From positions 65,720,001-65,784,000 of the forward strand of contig OX597825.1 of NCBI GenBank assembly GCA_951406725.2: a stretch of DNA of 64,000 bases, read 5' to 3'. Source of the DNA: Octopus vulgaris. Taxonomy: Eukaryota. Below, piece after piece: positions 1 through 14,514 of this stretch (positions within the stretch are counted from its first letter, which is position 1; every line of letters starts with the position of its first letter). The notes under the pieces are model-generated. The model had not been told where the DNA came from. It did no database searches and was given only the letters and a program-made list of their open reading frames with translations. The position numbers and the translations under genes are program-made.

Positions 1-682
1 CAAGATCAACTTTGTTCTTCATCCTTTCGGGGTCGATAAATTAAGTACCAGTTACACACTGGTCTCAATGTAATCAACTTAATCCCTTTGTTTGTCTTTG
101 CTTGTCCCCTCTATGTTTAGCCCCTTGTGGGCAATAAAGAAATAAGAAACATTAGTTAGCACACCGGGCGAAATGCTAAGCAGTATTTTGTCTTTACGTT
201 CTGAGTTCAAATTCCACCTGGGTGAACTTTGCCTTTCATCCTTTTGGGGTTGATAAATTATGTACTGGTTGCATACTGGGGTTGGTCTAATCGACGGCCC
301 CCTCCCATAAAATTTAAGGCCTTGTGGCTAGAGTAGAATAGAATATAAGAAGCTTTCTGTAATTAAAGGTGGCAAGCTGGCAGAAACGTTAGCACACTGG
401 GCAAAATGCTTAGTGGTATTTCATCTGTCTTTACATTCTGAGTTCAAAATCCGCCGATGTCGACTTTGCCTTTCGTCCTTTCAGGGTCGATAATTTAAGT
501 ACCAGTCGCGCACTGGGGTTGATGTAATCGACTTAATCCGTTTGTCTGTCCTGGTTTGTCCTCTCTGTGTTTAGCCCTTTGTGGGCAGTAAAGAAATAGG
601 TATTTCGTCTGCCATTACGTTCTGAGTTCAAATTCCGCTGAGGTCGACTTTGCCTTTCATCCTTTCGGGGTCGATGAATTAA
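1..682 (+). mobile_element. Nested cluster of family-A tRNA-derived SINEs (A1 and A2 tail variants)
   Basis: Repeated A-box-like TGGCAGAAACGTT, B box GAGTTCAAATTCC and body GCCTTTCATCCTTTCGGGGTCGATAAATTAAGTACC. Many CpG>TpG/CpA changes relative to copies later in the window. Confidence 0.85.
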
Positions 683-1375
683 GAAAAGAATATATATGAC
701 TACATTACTTGTGAATATGTGTGAGTATGTCTGTATATGAAATATATATATATGTGTATGCATATATAAGAGTAGTATGAGAGTGGTATAGGGATGGGTA
801 GCACTGTAATTTAGACTGCATTAGGCTGGTTCTTGTGAACTATATTGTATTTGGTGAGAATTCAATAATGATTAATAATGGTGTTTGTATCAATGATGGT
901 GATAAGGATGACAGTGAAGAAGGCAGTGAAATGGAAGAAGAACAATTTTAATTCCAATAAGTGAAAAAAAAAAACTGACAGCAACAACAATATCAGTGAC
1001 AAAATCAATTTGATGAACTAAAACCTAAACACAATTAATTAGTCTCTGTTATCTAAGAGTAAAGGTCCTATAAGATTAAAGCACAGGAAGGAGGGAAGCA
1101 AAAAGGAAAGAAACAGGAAGTTGTATAGTTCAAGACTTTCCCAGCAGGGGTCAGTTGCTTAGGTATTGAGAATTGTTTTTAACTTGGATCTAGAACAAGA
1201 ATTTCCACTCAGCCCTGTTTCCACTTCACCCCTACTGTTTTCCTGGAGATTCCTTCTTTGTATACGTCACTTGGCTTCTGAGAAATATAATTGAAGAGAT
1301 GACGAAGATGAGCTACAGCTGAGATGACATTAGTAACCATAGAAACAGATGGTATACAGATTCGTCTATGATGTC

Positions 1376-1419
1376 ATCTATCTATCTATCTATCTATCTA
1401 TCTATATCTATCTATCTGT

Positions 1420-1472
<53 letters not shown>

Positions 1473-1482
1473 CATGTATACT

Positions 1483-1556
<74 letters not shown>

Positions 1557-1573
1557 CATATGTATATATATAC

Positions 1574-1608
<35 letters not shown>

Positions 1609-1630
1609 CACATATATATATATAAATATG

Positions 1631-1661
<31 letters not shown>

Positions 1662-1695
1662 GTATGTATATATATATATATATGTATATAGATAC

Positions 1696-1758
<63 letters not shown>

Positions 1759-1788
1759 TGTATGTATGCATGTATGTATGTATGTATG
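1376..1788. repeat. Compound microsatellite (TCTA)n/(TA)n/(TATG)n
   Basis: Directly visible; explains the overlapping YI-repeat ORFs. Confidence 0.95.
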
Positions 1789-2151
1789 TTGCAGTCCAGT
1801 GACAAAAGCAAGTAAAAGATAAATGATAATATTTCGTTCAGCACTTGTACATCCCTTCTCTTGATAAAAGCACATCAACCCCATGTGACCATCTCAACTC
1901 AGCTCCACAACATCAATTAGAAATAATGAACAATTTTACATGCTTACAATGGCTTACGACAGAAAGAAACTCTATGTAATAAATAAATCTGCTAGAAACA
2001 GCAGCCAAATCTCAAGCATGTTACACCATCTCATCTCCAAAAGACAACTGGGGAAACATCCTACCGTCAGCATAATTAACATAACTTAATATAATTAACA
2101 TAACATCATATTTTAATTTACTCCTTTTGTTTCTTGCCTCCCTGTTTACTA

Positions 2152-2707
2152 TATTCTTCTTCTTCTTCTTCTTCTTGTTCTTCTTCTTCTTCTTCTACTA
2201 CTTCTTCTTCTACTCCTTCTTCTGCTCTTCTTCTTCTTCTTCTTCTTCTTCTTCTTCTTCTTCTTCTTCTTCTTCTTCTTCTTCTACCTCCTTCTTCTGC
2301 TCTTCTTCTTTTTCTCTTCCCCTTCTTCTTCTTCCTCATCTTCTCCTCCTTCTTCTGCTCTTCTTCTTTTTCTCTTCCCCTTCTTCTTCTTCCTCATCTT
2401 CTCCTCCTTCTTCTGCTCTTCTTCTTTTTCTCTTCCCCTTCTTCTTCTTCCTCATCTTCTCCTCCTTCTTTGTCTTTCTTTTCATCTTTTCCTTCTTCCT
2501 CCTCCTCCTCCTTCTTCTTCTTCTTCTTTTTCTTGTTCTTCATCTTCTTCTTTTTCTTCTTTTTCTTGTTGTTGTTGTTCTTCTTCTTTTTCTTCTTTTT
2601 CTTGTTGTTGTTGTTGTTCTTCTTCTACTTCTTCTTCTTCTTCAGCTCCTCCTCCTCCTCCTTCTTCTTCTCCTCCTCCTCCTCCTCCTCCGTCCCCTCT
2701 TTCTTCT
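2152..2707. repeat. (CTT)n/(CCT)n polypyrimidine array with an internal ~57-bp duplicated unit
   Basis: CCTCCTTCTTCTGCTCTTCTTCTTTTTCTCTTCCCCTTCTTCTTCTTCCTCATCTTCT repeated in tandem around 2287-2460. Confidence 0.9.
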
Positions 2708-2918
2708 AAAGTCACAATTAAAGCACCTTGTTGTAATTTTGCAATATAAGGAATGTCTTGGTGAGATTCTTTCCTAATATGTCACTATATAAAATAAAAA
2801 TTCCTTTCTTCTTTACTTTTGTCTTTGTCTCTATATCCTAAATACACAAGTTAAAACCCTTTTTACCTATAATTATTTTATCCATAATTTTCATCTATTT
2901 TTTTCTTGTTTATTTCAG

Positions 2919-3022
2919 GTACAGCTCAATCTGCGAGTGGTCAAGACAGCTTCCGACAAGCTTTAACCTTTACATTGGTGTTAGCTTTTGGACTAAGCAC
3001 TTGTCAATTCATCGTTCATTAA
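2919..3022 (+). CDS. Probable terminal coding exon with a GPI-anchor signal-like C-terminus: xTAQSASGQDSFRQALTFTLVLAFGLSTCQFIVH*
   Basis: Strong acceptor TTTTTTTCTTGTTTATTTCAG (AG 2917-2918), phase-1 start and non-repetitive sequence. Small residues (SASG), a polar spacer and a hydrophobic tail end at TAA 3020-3022. Upstream exons were not identified in the window. Confidence 0.65.
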
Positions 3023-3289
3023 CATCAAATGAATGGAAATTTTTAACAAAATTGGCGTGGGCTATGTTGTTGTTTTTTTATTATTATTATTACTACTACT
3101 ATTAGACTGCCGGTGTGCAAAAGAAAAAAATCTTTTTAAAAATTTTAAAGAACAGCTTTCCATGAAAGCTGTTTCAAAATTGGTGAGTTAATATAACAAC
3201 CAATGAAATGAAGAGAGAATAACAGAGTTTCATAAACCAAAAGTAAAATGGAAAAATATACCTAAGTACATATATATATATATAAATGA

Positions 3290-3326
<37 letters not shown>

Positions 3327-3847
3327 ATGGAAAGAAAATGATAAAGATGAGGAAAAAGAATGTGTGTAATATAAATCATATATAAATATATACTGGAACA
3401 CACAAATTTTTTCTTTACTTTTTTTCTGGAAATTTTCTTTGTTGTTGAAGAAGAGAGAGAGAAAAACGACAAAGTAAGGAGAGAAAACGCTACAGGAGAA
3501 GAGAAAGACACAGAGTGACCAAGGAAAACAGAAAAGAAAAAATAAACAAGATTACATGAAAAAAAAAAAGATTTAATAATAAAAGAATATAAATTCAGCC
3601 AAAATACTAAATTAAAACTGAAACTTCATTGTTTGAAAGATATTCAATTTTATAATCACTTCACGTCTCATTCAGAATACTTATTTTCTGTATGAACTAC
3701 AAAACTGACTGCCTCGCTTTTTTGAAAATATATATAAGGTAAATTTTAAAAAATAATGAAAAGAAAAAGACCTAACCTTCCCCCAATTTTTTTTTTTTTG
3801 AATTTCAAAAATAACAATAATTACAATAACAGCAACAAATAAATAAA

Positions 3848-3878
<31 letters not shown>

Positions 3879-4501
3879 GCACTGACAGTCATACAGGTGA
3901 TTACACAGACATGAGGACGTGAGGGATTTGATTCACACAAAAAACAACAAAAAAAAATCATAAATTTAAGCACATTCAGTTACATACCTGTGCAAATCAT
4001 ACACAAGTTTTCTTCATGGCAAATGAAATAAAACCAATTGAAAAACAACACTAAACATTGATGGAAAGGAAAAAAAAATATATCTACAGACAATATTTGA
4101 AAGCCCACTATAACAACAGCAGCAGCAGCAGCAACAACAACAAAAACAACAACAACAATAAAAACATTTAAAAAATACAAACACAAAATTCTGTGATGTA
4201 GGCAATGTTGAAAAAGGAAAAACAAAAAAACATTTGAAAAATACTATACTAAAATTTAAAAGATTTTTTTTTTAGTGAGAAAGAAGGTAAGAAAGAAAGA
4301 AAGAAAGGAAGAAAGAAAGAAAATAATTCTGGAAAGAAAGAAATGAAATGATAAAAAGGAAAAAATAATTAACCAACCAACCAACCAATCAAATCAATCA
4401 ATCAATCAACCAATCATCATTAATTAATTAAAATGATTAATTAACATTGTAAAGCAAAAAGAAAAGAAAATCATTTTTAAATTGTAACAACCTTAGACAA
4501 A

Positions 4502-4536
<35 letters not shown>

Positions 4537-4696
4537 TGCATATATGTATAATTATATACACAAATATATAAATACATGTTTTAATAAGTTGTATATGGAT
4601 GTGTCAACATATGAATAACAACAAATTTAGGACAAAAACTACAGAAACAGCAACAACAACAACAGAAGCAACAACAAAAAATTTTAAGAAATAATG

Positions 4697-4748
<52 letters not shown>

Positions 4749-5585
4749 TAATAATAATGATAATAATAATAATAATAAATTGAAATAATATTCGCCGATT
4801 TGCCTTCAGAGACAGGTTAGTTGTTAAAAGAACCTTTTTTTTTGGTGAGATTGTTTTTCAGTATGGCACTATATAGATGTGGATAAATTCTGTGGCATTT
4901 CTCAAAAATCTTATGTCATTTTTTGGAACTCTCATCTATGGTTATAAAAAAAAAAAAGAAAAAAGGAAAAACAAAAAATAAATAAAACAATTATTGAAAA
5001 AAGAAAAAAAATTCTTCAACCAGAAACATTACCAAGACTATTTTTTAGAAATTATACTGAATATTGACAATAATAAAAAAAAATTTAAAAAACAATATAT
5101 ATATATATATATTATATATATTATATATATATTATATATGTATGTATGTATATATAATATGCATATATATATATGTATATATATATATATACACACATAC
5201 ACACACATTGTTAATAGAACATTGTCTTTTTAGAAGTGGGACACATTAGCATGGAGAAAATTTTCATCATGTTTATTTTGCATGTATGTATATATGCATG
5301 TGTATGTGTATATATATATATACATATATACACACACATACACAAACACACTAACATATGCAGAGATGCCTTGAGAACATATGCTGTAAAAATCAAGTAT
5401 TGATACATAGTCACACACACACACACTCAGACACATGGACTTCCACACACACACACACACATATATGAATATACACACATCTATATATCTATATCTGTAT
5501 CTATCAATACATGCATGCATGTATATATATATACATAAATATATATATATATATGTATGTATGTATGTAAGTATGTCTGTATGTT

Positions 5586-5630
<45 letters not shown>

Positions 5631-6473
5631 TATATATATATACAGACACATACACACTCACACACATATATGCATATATTTATGTATATTATACATATAT
5701 TAATTCAAACATTTTTGTACGTTTTTAATTACACCAGCTGCATATGTATACACAGGGACATACACTTACAGACATATAGATGTGAATATATATACACACA
5801 CACACACACACATTTATGTATTCATACATCACTGGATATAAACATATGGGGACAGATACAACCCAAAGCATACACACTGATATACACACTGATATACACA
5901 CATATTATATTTCATTTATATATACTATTATATTATTATATAGTATTCTTTGACAAGAATAGTGTTGATAGTGAATTCTTGGCTTGGTAAAGCTCACTGT
6001 CAACAGTATTCTTGTAAAAGAATAATAAATATGTACTCCACAGAATGTATTGAGTAATTTTCCAATTTAATGTAAAATTGTCTTTATTATATCTCGACAA
6101 AGCAACAAACATTAATATACAAATATATACATACATACACACATGTGCACATACTCACACTCATGGAGGCATTGGCACCAATGTATCCATCGGTGAACAT
6201 AGAGGCAAAAGCCACTCTGCATGTGTGAGCGTGTAGGTACATGCAATACACATTTGGTCCTTTATACTCATTCACATGTATAGATTTTTTTGACTAAAAT
6301 TATCTGTATATGCTGTAATACAAAAGAAAGTCAATGGTTTTCATTTTCTCCAAAATCAAAGACTGTCTGTTTACAGATACATGTACACATAAGAAAATTG
6401 AATAAAGACATCATCACTGTTCATGCATGTTTATATATATCTATGTGTGTATATATATATATACATATATATA

Positions 6474-6517
<44 letters not shown>

Positions 6518-6553
6518 TATATATATGTATGTATGTATGTATATATATATATA

Positions 6554-6593
<40 letters not shown>

Positions 6594-6827
6594 GATTATA
6601 TATATATACACACAAGCACACACACACACATATGTCTATATATATATACATTAGATATATATACTCACACACATGTACAAACAAACATATATTGCATATA
6701 CATATATACACATATATGTATGTGTGTGTGTATGGATATAAATATATATTATATATATTAAATATATTATACATATATGTGTGAATATATGTAATTATGT
6801 ATAAATGCTAGCAAGCATATGTACATA

Positions 6828-6882
<55 letters not shown>

Positions 6883-8104
6883 TAACTATAATGAGAATGT
6901 GTATTAGTTGTTAAAAGATTAAAACCTGGTTCAGCCCAGCAAGAATCTGTTTGCAATAATATTTTGAATATTTGATGAAAATCCGTGGAATAATACCATT
7001 GAAAGGAACAACTGGGAATCTATGGAATGGTGGAAGTGACATGATCAAACTGGGACTTAATAATTTTTACTTTAATTTTTTTCTCTTTTTATTATAATTT
7101 TTCTTTATTTTTTATTATTTTTATTTTTTTTGGTTTTTGATTTTTCAGTTTATTCTTTTAATGATTCTGGAGAATGTCTTAGAAATAGGTGAAAATACAA
7201 TAATTTAATATTGAAAATATAAGCTGATAATTAAATCAAATCAAGACACAAGTAGAAAAATTATTTTCTATGAATAGGACAAAAGATAGATAATACATAC
7301 GTTTTATACATGAAAAATAAACATATATACATATATACTTATATACATATGTATATACATAGAAACATACATTCAGACACTTATTGAGATGTTATAGAGT
7401 CTATATTTAAATTCATATACACTACGTGCACACGTGCACACACACATATACACACACACAAATATATAAATATATATATGCCTACTGACTCTAATCAAGG
7501 TTTTCTTCTACTGTACACAATATTCTGTCCTAGCTATATTGACATGCATATATTTGCATTTATTATTTCAATTAATATAACAATACACATACAGGTATAA
7601 ACGACACACATACATTCACACATACATACACACACATAACTATATTCATTTCGCATACTCTGAAATATAGACATACACACACACGCTCACATATATTTAT
7701 AAATAAACTTGGCTACTCTGAAAAAATGTTTGCCTGTGCATTATAAATCTTTCTAGCCAGGCTCTATTTACACAGATATGATACACAAGAGAGAATAATA
7801 TGTGCATTCATATACGAACTTACACACCAATACAGTTCCTGCTATACCCTCATATAATCAGTCTAGATGTACACTGTCTCAGCTCAAACTACTATGGCAT
7901 ACAGAACCTCATTTCCATTTAACATTGGATTATTTTGTCTTGCATAAAAATCACCATCTAAGAAGTAACTCTTTGTAATAGCACATGATATCATCCTCTG
8001 AAATCTCATAGATTTTTCATTAAGCTAGTACTGCACAGAAAAATATTGCTAAGCAAACATTTTTGTAATGTAATGAAACCATATACAAGCATCAAGGCAG
8101 ACAT

Positions 8105-8139
<35 letters not shown>

Positions 8140-8416
8140 AACAGATATGCATACACAACAGGTGCCGGCATGCATATACCTGAGTAATTGTACACATCTA
8201 TATTTAACTTAAAATTCATGCACACAGACACATGCCTATACATACCTACATATACATATATACACTTATATATATACACACACATACTCTCACCCACCTA
8301 CGCATATGTATGTGCATATATATATACACACACACAAGTGTATGTATAAGTATATATATGTGTGTGTGTATATATATACACAAACACATATACATATACT
8401 TATACATACACATATA

Positions 8417-8447
<31 letters not shown>

Positions 8448-9033
8448 GTGTGGTGGTGTATTAGTTTTATCATTGGAACATCAGACAAAATGCCTAGCAA
8501 TATTTGAAGTGTCTCTTTACATCCTGGGTTCAACCCCTGCCAAGATCAATATTACCTTTTGTCATTGAAGGATAAAAGGTAGAAGAATTAAAACAGAGTC
8601 AGTCTCAGCCCATGACTATACAGGCAATTGAGATTATTAGTGAGAGGCAGGGTGCATAAAGATACCAAATCACACTCAATTGCAATTTTGCTAGGGTCTA
8701 TATATATATATATATATGTGTGTGTGTATATATGTATGTATATATATATGTATGTATATATGTATATATGTATGTATATATATATATGTATATATATATA
8801 TGTATATATGTATATATATATACATGCATATATATGTATATATATATATGTGTATATATATATATTAGTATATATAAGTATATATATATATGTATATATA
8901 TTAGTATATATAAGTATATATATATATGTATATATATACATAAGTATATATATGTATATATATGTATATATATACATATATATAAGTATATATACGTATA
9001 TATATATACATATATACATATATATACATATAT

Positions 9034-9069
<36 letters not shown>

Positions 9070-10036
9070 GTATATATATACACATATATATATGTAAGCA
9101 TATATATATACATAGATGTATATATGTATATATGTATATATATATATGTATAAATATATGCATATATGTACATATGATTGTATGTGCATGTGTGTGTACA
9201 AGTTTATGGTTATACATATATGTAGATATATATGTACATAAATACACACACACATATATATGCATATGTATGCATGTATGTATGTATGCATGTATGAATG
9301 AATCTATGAATGAATGTATGTATGAATGTATGAAAACTTGAGGATTGAGGCACACTTTTCTGCATAAAAGCAGAGGGGAAAAAAGCATCAGTTACTTGAC
9401 ATTGTTTAAAATACTACAAAAGAATCTTGTTACTTTGTTATTAAATATTATTCTTTACGTTGTTGAAAACAAAAATATATACATACTAAAATAATGAATC
9501 TATATGCTCATACAAATAAATACACATACACACACTTAAATATGAACATACACATTCATAAATGCATATATAATACTAGAGATAGAGACACGCAGAAACT
9601 TAAGTAAACAACATCAAAGGAGCACTGTCTTAATTTTTTTCTAAAAGACAGGCTCTATTTTATAGCAACGGAAACTTACAATAAAAATCATAGCAAGAAT
9701 GTTCATAACATATACTGCAAGATTAAAACTAAATATATTTTCACATATGAAATTTATTTGCTGTAAGGTATCACCCATAATTATCATCCTTTGTTTATAG
9801 TCAAATCTATATTTACATAGGATTTCTGTGAGAAATTTGATATAGTTGTTTAAAACTTTTGATGAGTGAGCATGCTTGTGCTTTGCTGAAACTTTTGAGA
9901 CCATAAGCAAGGTAAAATCTCACAATATATCAGTTACTGGGCATGATCCCTCTTTAAATTTAGTTTTTTTTTAAAAAAAACTTTAATCCCAAATTTCCCA
10001 TACAGCAAGGTCTAAAATTATGTTTTCATATATGAA

Positions 10037-10117
<81 letters not shown>

Positions 10118-10217
10118 TTATATACACATATATATATATATGTATATAGATATATGTATATATAAATGTACATATATATATACATGTATATATATAAATA
10201 TATATATATACATATAA

Positions 10218-10254
<37 letters not shown>

Positions 10255-10468
10255 TATGTATATATATGTGTATATATGTACATAAATATAGATACATGTA
10301 CATATATATATGTATATGCATATATGTATATATATATATATCCATATATGTATATACTTGTATATGTGTATATATTTATATGTATAAATATAAATATATA
10401 CTCATATGTATATATATATTTATATACTCATATATATATATGTATATGTACATATATGTATATATTTG

Positions 10469-10522
<54 letters not shown>

Positions 10523-10720
10523 TACATGCATACATTTAGATATTTGATATATAAGTTTAGTACTGAAAAGAAAAAAAAAACAAGTTGTAAATCAGGCAGC
10601 ACATATAGTCCCAAAAAATAAACTGTACGTTTTTTTGGTGAGTTTATGTTGTTGCTTTTTTTTAAATATGTATTTTTAAAAGTTTATTCTGGAAATAAAT
10701 CATTAACATACTAAGGGCCA
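3023..10720 (+). other. Putative long 3' UTR (~7.7 kb)
   Basis: Follows the stop codon. A-rich and microsatellite-rich, with no recognisable SINE/LINE, unlike the flanks. Ends at a well-formed poly(A) site. Confidence 0.45.
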
Positions 10721-10740
10721 CTTTTGTTTCTTTAGTCTTT
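10694..10740 (+). terminator. Candidate cleavage/polyadenylation site
   Basis: AATAAA at 10694-10699, upstream TGTA and U-rich tract, downstream CTTTTGTTTCTTTAGTCTTT at 10721-10740. Confidence 0.5.
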
Positions 10741-11017
10741 AACCTTTATACATACGCACTGGGGCACAGGTTCATATTGATATATATATATATGTGTATG
10801 TGTGCATATGTATGTAAATGTACGCATGTGTGTGTTTTTGTGTGTATGTATATAGTTATATATACATATATACATGAAGTGGTTATCAACTCCATTTTGA
10901 GCATAACAGCTTTCTTTTTGCAGGTGTATACCTCAAACAGGTTCCTTAGTATTTCTGTCATGGATAATCAGATGACTATCTAATCCTGAATATGCTTGAA
11001 ATATTTTTGTGACAAAT

Positions 11018-11235
11018 CATCATCATCATCATCCTCATCATCATCAGTCAACGTCTGCTTTCCAAGCTGGCATGGGTCGGGCTGCTTAACACCGATATAG
11101 CAAGCTGCAGGACTGCATCAAACTCCATTCTCTGCCTTGGCATGTTTTCTACAGCATGATGGTCTTCTTAATACAGTGAGTGCTGGATGCTTTTTTTTGT
11201 GCAACCAGCACTAGTGAGGTCACCAAGTTGCAAGA
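11018..11235 (-). mobile_element. Degenerate retroposon 3' end with (GAT)n tail
   Basis: (CAT)n followed by AACGTCTGCTTTCCAAGCTGGCATGGGTCGG, resembling a retroposon tail read antisense. Family recognised from recall only. Confidence 0.5.
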
Positions 11236-12279
11236 CAGAAAACAACAAGAAAGGATTAAAATCCACATATTTAAGTGGGGTGGATTATTAGAGAGCAGTA
11301 GTTAACTTTATGCCAGGTGCTGAGATGCTAACGTATGACTGAGGGACAAGAGGGGGGTACATTAGTACCCTACATTCTAAGGGTTAGTAGTAGTAATTGG
11401 GGAGATGAAGATAAGGAAGAAAAAATGGGAGTGATAGTGTGTCAGAGCAAATTCTCAATGTAGGTGAGCATAAGAACGGACATGATCAGTGGAACAGTGG
11501 GGAGAGAAAAGAGATAGTTTTTTATTTAAAATGTGAGGGGATAGTAACAGAGGGTTAGAAAGCGATTGAGTAGCAGTGGATCTATTGAATGAAGTGCAGA
11601 AGGGAAGTTGGTGATATATATGTTTATACACACACACACACACACTTTATTTGTATGTTAAGGCTACCGTTGGTTTCATGCCAAGGAATACCACGACATT
11701 TATGAAACCTATCACATAGAAACATCAGTGTTCGTCTTCGTTTTAGATCAAAATACGAAAAGTCACGGAAAGTAACAATAAAATCATGCGAGAATTTCGA
11801 TAAACAAAAACGCAAAACACCAAGAGGAACGGACTTTTGGCTGATTATCTCCCTTGGATTCGACTTTCGGGAAAATTGATATTCACACCTGCATTAATAT
11901 CTAATCTGCACAAACTTTTAGAATTTTAAAATTCGTGCACTTAGAAATCTATATTTACATGTATGGGCATCTGGTTGCCAAATGTTTATCATGCTATTAT
12001 TGCCATTCCGATATGGTAAACGAAGAGACATTATGTGTTTCATTAGTGTGAATATCCCATCTCTAGTCAGTCAACACGATAAAACTGAAAAATTCTATGC
12101 AGATCCCAGATTTGTTTTGGAAAGTATGGATAAAAATCTTCATATTTGAACTGATGGGATATCTGTATGGAAGAATATTAGATAATTATGATACGTGTGC
12201 TTCTGTAAGTCATTAAAGAATTCGAAGCAGTAATAACAATAGTTTTCTTCTTCTACATTTACCTTCTTACCTCTTTTAT

Positions 12280-12668
12280 TTCTTTTATTTTATTTCTGTC
12301 ATTGAACTGAGGTCTAGCTGGTGCCCCACATTGAAGGTTTTAGTCAAACTGACCCCAGTCCTTTTTCAAATTTGGTACCCATTCTATCGTTCTCTTATGC
12401 TAAAAGATCGTATTCAAACCATTACCTGTTGGTAAGTTGTGAGGTAGACACACACACATACATACATTCACACACATACATACATTCACACACATATATA
12501 CAGAGACGGACTTCCATACAGTTTCCGTTTACGAAATTCCCATACGAGGTATTAGTTGGCCTATGGCTATAGTAGAAGACTCTTTACCGAAGTGCTACTT
12601 AGTAAGAGTGAACCTGAAAGCAAATGAATTCAAAGTGAGCTTCTTAACCAACCCATCCATACCTGCGC
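12280..12668 (-). mobile_element. Family-B SINE, degenerate
   Basis: Diverged match to better copies at 18148, 27320 and 61555 (CAGTTTCCGT...GGCTATAGTAGAAGAC). Confidence 0.75.
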
Positions 12669-12901
12669 ATGAATTTGATCTAACGGAGGTTAATATATGG
12701 TTGAGGCAGAAGGACAACTACGAATCTGTTTGGAAGTTTCCATTTCCAAGTCACTTGAATACTATCAACTATGTTATTGTGAACCATAGACATACTCTTT
12801 GCCAGGTTTGTTAGATGTAGAAGAATGACTGTTTAATCATGTGACAGTTGAACCATGGTTTTTCAGAACGTCTTCTTTTTTAATGATACACTCTTGCACC
12901 C

Positions 12902-13190
12902 TGTGGAGGTACATGGCCTAGTGGTTAGTTCGACGGATCGCGGGTTAGAATCTCAGATCGGGTGATGTGTGTGTTTATGAGCGAAGCACCTAAGTTCCAC
13001 GCGGCTCCGGCAGATGGTAATGGCGAACTTCTGCTGACTCTTCCGCCTGAACTTTCTCTCACTCTTTCCTCCTGCATCTTGCAGCTCACCTGCGACGGAC
13101 CGGCGTCCCGTCCAGGTGGAGAACCTATACGCCAAGGAAACCGGGAAACCGGCCCTTATGAGCCAGGCGTGGCTCGAGAAGGAATAAACA
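12902..13190 (+). mobile_element. SINE: head C + 3' module Y (V-domain-like)
   Basis: tRNA-like head GGAGGTACATGGCCTAGTGGTTAG; body as in 24694; then CCTGCGACGGACCGGCGTCCCGTCCAGG...GAAACCGGGAAACCGG. TSD CTCTTGCACC (12891-12900) / CTTTTGCACC (13192-13201). Confidence 0.8.
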
Positions 13191-14514
13191 ACTTTTGCAC
13201 CTTAGGTTGGCAGAAAAGAAAAGGAAATAGCTAGAAAAGGATTTTTAAAGACTGTAAGGACCATGTGCATATAAAACAAATAGGCAGTAAAAGATTATAG
13301 CTAGAATGAGAAATCCTTCACATTTCAGTCTCTGTAGGTGTGTACGAGTTATTTTTGAAAAATGAAATAAAGAAAAATAAAGCCTCCAACGACTCTTTGC
13401 CTTCTGCCACCCGTACCCAAAGATATACGAGAACATTGTCTGTATTAAACACGATAAAAAGCATCCAATGTCCTTTGAAAATTCCTGTTTTATTGTGTGA
13501 CATAATTAGTGTGATCTTCAACATCATGCTATCATGAAATGGTTCTTGAAATCCAGGTTCAGTTTCTACTACTAAACTGTAGAACGGACAACATTAACCC
13601 CAAGATTACACTGTTTATCCGCTCGACCGTAAATTTCATGTCATCTTATAGTGTGAATCCCTCTTCGTTTGTCTTACAGGTATTTTGCTTTGGTTCATTG
13701 GTTTCCTTTTACTTGTTTTCTTTTATTTTACTAACCACGGGAGTTTTTTTTTTTATCCATACTCAATCTGGTTTCTGATCATATTAGAGAGTGCGTTGGT
13801 GGTACCGCAACTATATAGGAGCTTCGATCCCTTGGTCCTTGACATCCTTATTGAATTCCAGGTCGTTTTCCTGGAACAAAGGACAAGCTATGTCTTTCAC
13901 TGATCCGGGTGCGGCCACCCATGAAAACACATCTTATATTTTGTCTGCATACCTCTCCCATACTCTAACTTTCAATCTCCTCTGGGAGGAAGAATTACAA
14001 ATTACCCGCACCGCCACAAATGTAGCAGCTTGGCTTTCGACCTCACCAATCTCTTGGCAATTCTTTCTGCGCACACAATGTGGTGCACTGCTCCAGATTT
14101 GCCCTATGTTCTGCTCGTTCTGTGTAAGAAAATTGATGATGATCCAAAAGTCAATGTCAACAATTTTATTAGTTATAATTCATGCATTGCGTTGTGCTAA
14201 ATATGAACAATTACGATATTTTGAACAATTTGAAGAACACGATTAATGATAATTGTAAGAATAACAGAGCTGTCTTCCGTCTCTTGCCAGTTTCTTGACG
14301 TATTCCGAAAATAAGGAGACACTATCCCTTGCACTTTATCTTACCCATGCTCTTTTATTTTCCAGAAGCCATCAACTAAATCAAGAAGTTTCCTTTTGCT
14401 AACCATTTTGGAGGGAAACCGTTGTCTTATACGTTATTTATAATGTTTTCGTTTGAAATGTTATGTATGTTGCACGTATTTCTGTGATTTTTGTTAAACT
14501 GTTTGATTTTATGT

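Noticed and set aside
1795-1817. Microexon after TTGCAG
   Set aside because: No polypyrimidine tract and a weak donor (GTAAAA).
1349-10621. Many long YI/HT/CV-repeat ORFs
   Set aside because: Translations of (TA)n, (CA)n and (TATG)n arrays, open in several frames on both strands.
13791-14246. 151-aa non-repetitive ORF
   Set aside because: GTG start, no recognisable motif or splice signals; possibly decayed transposon sequence.
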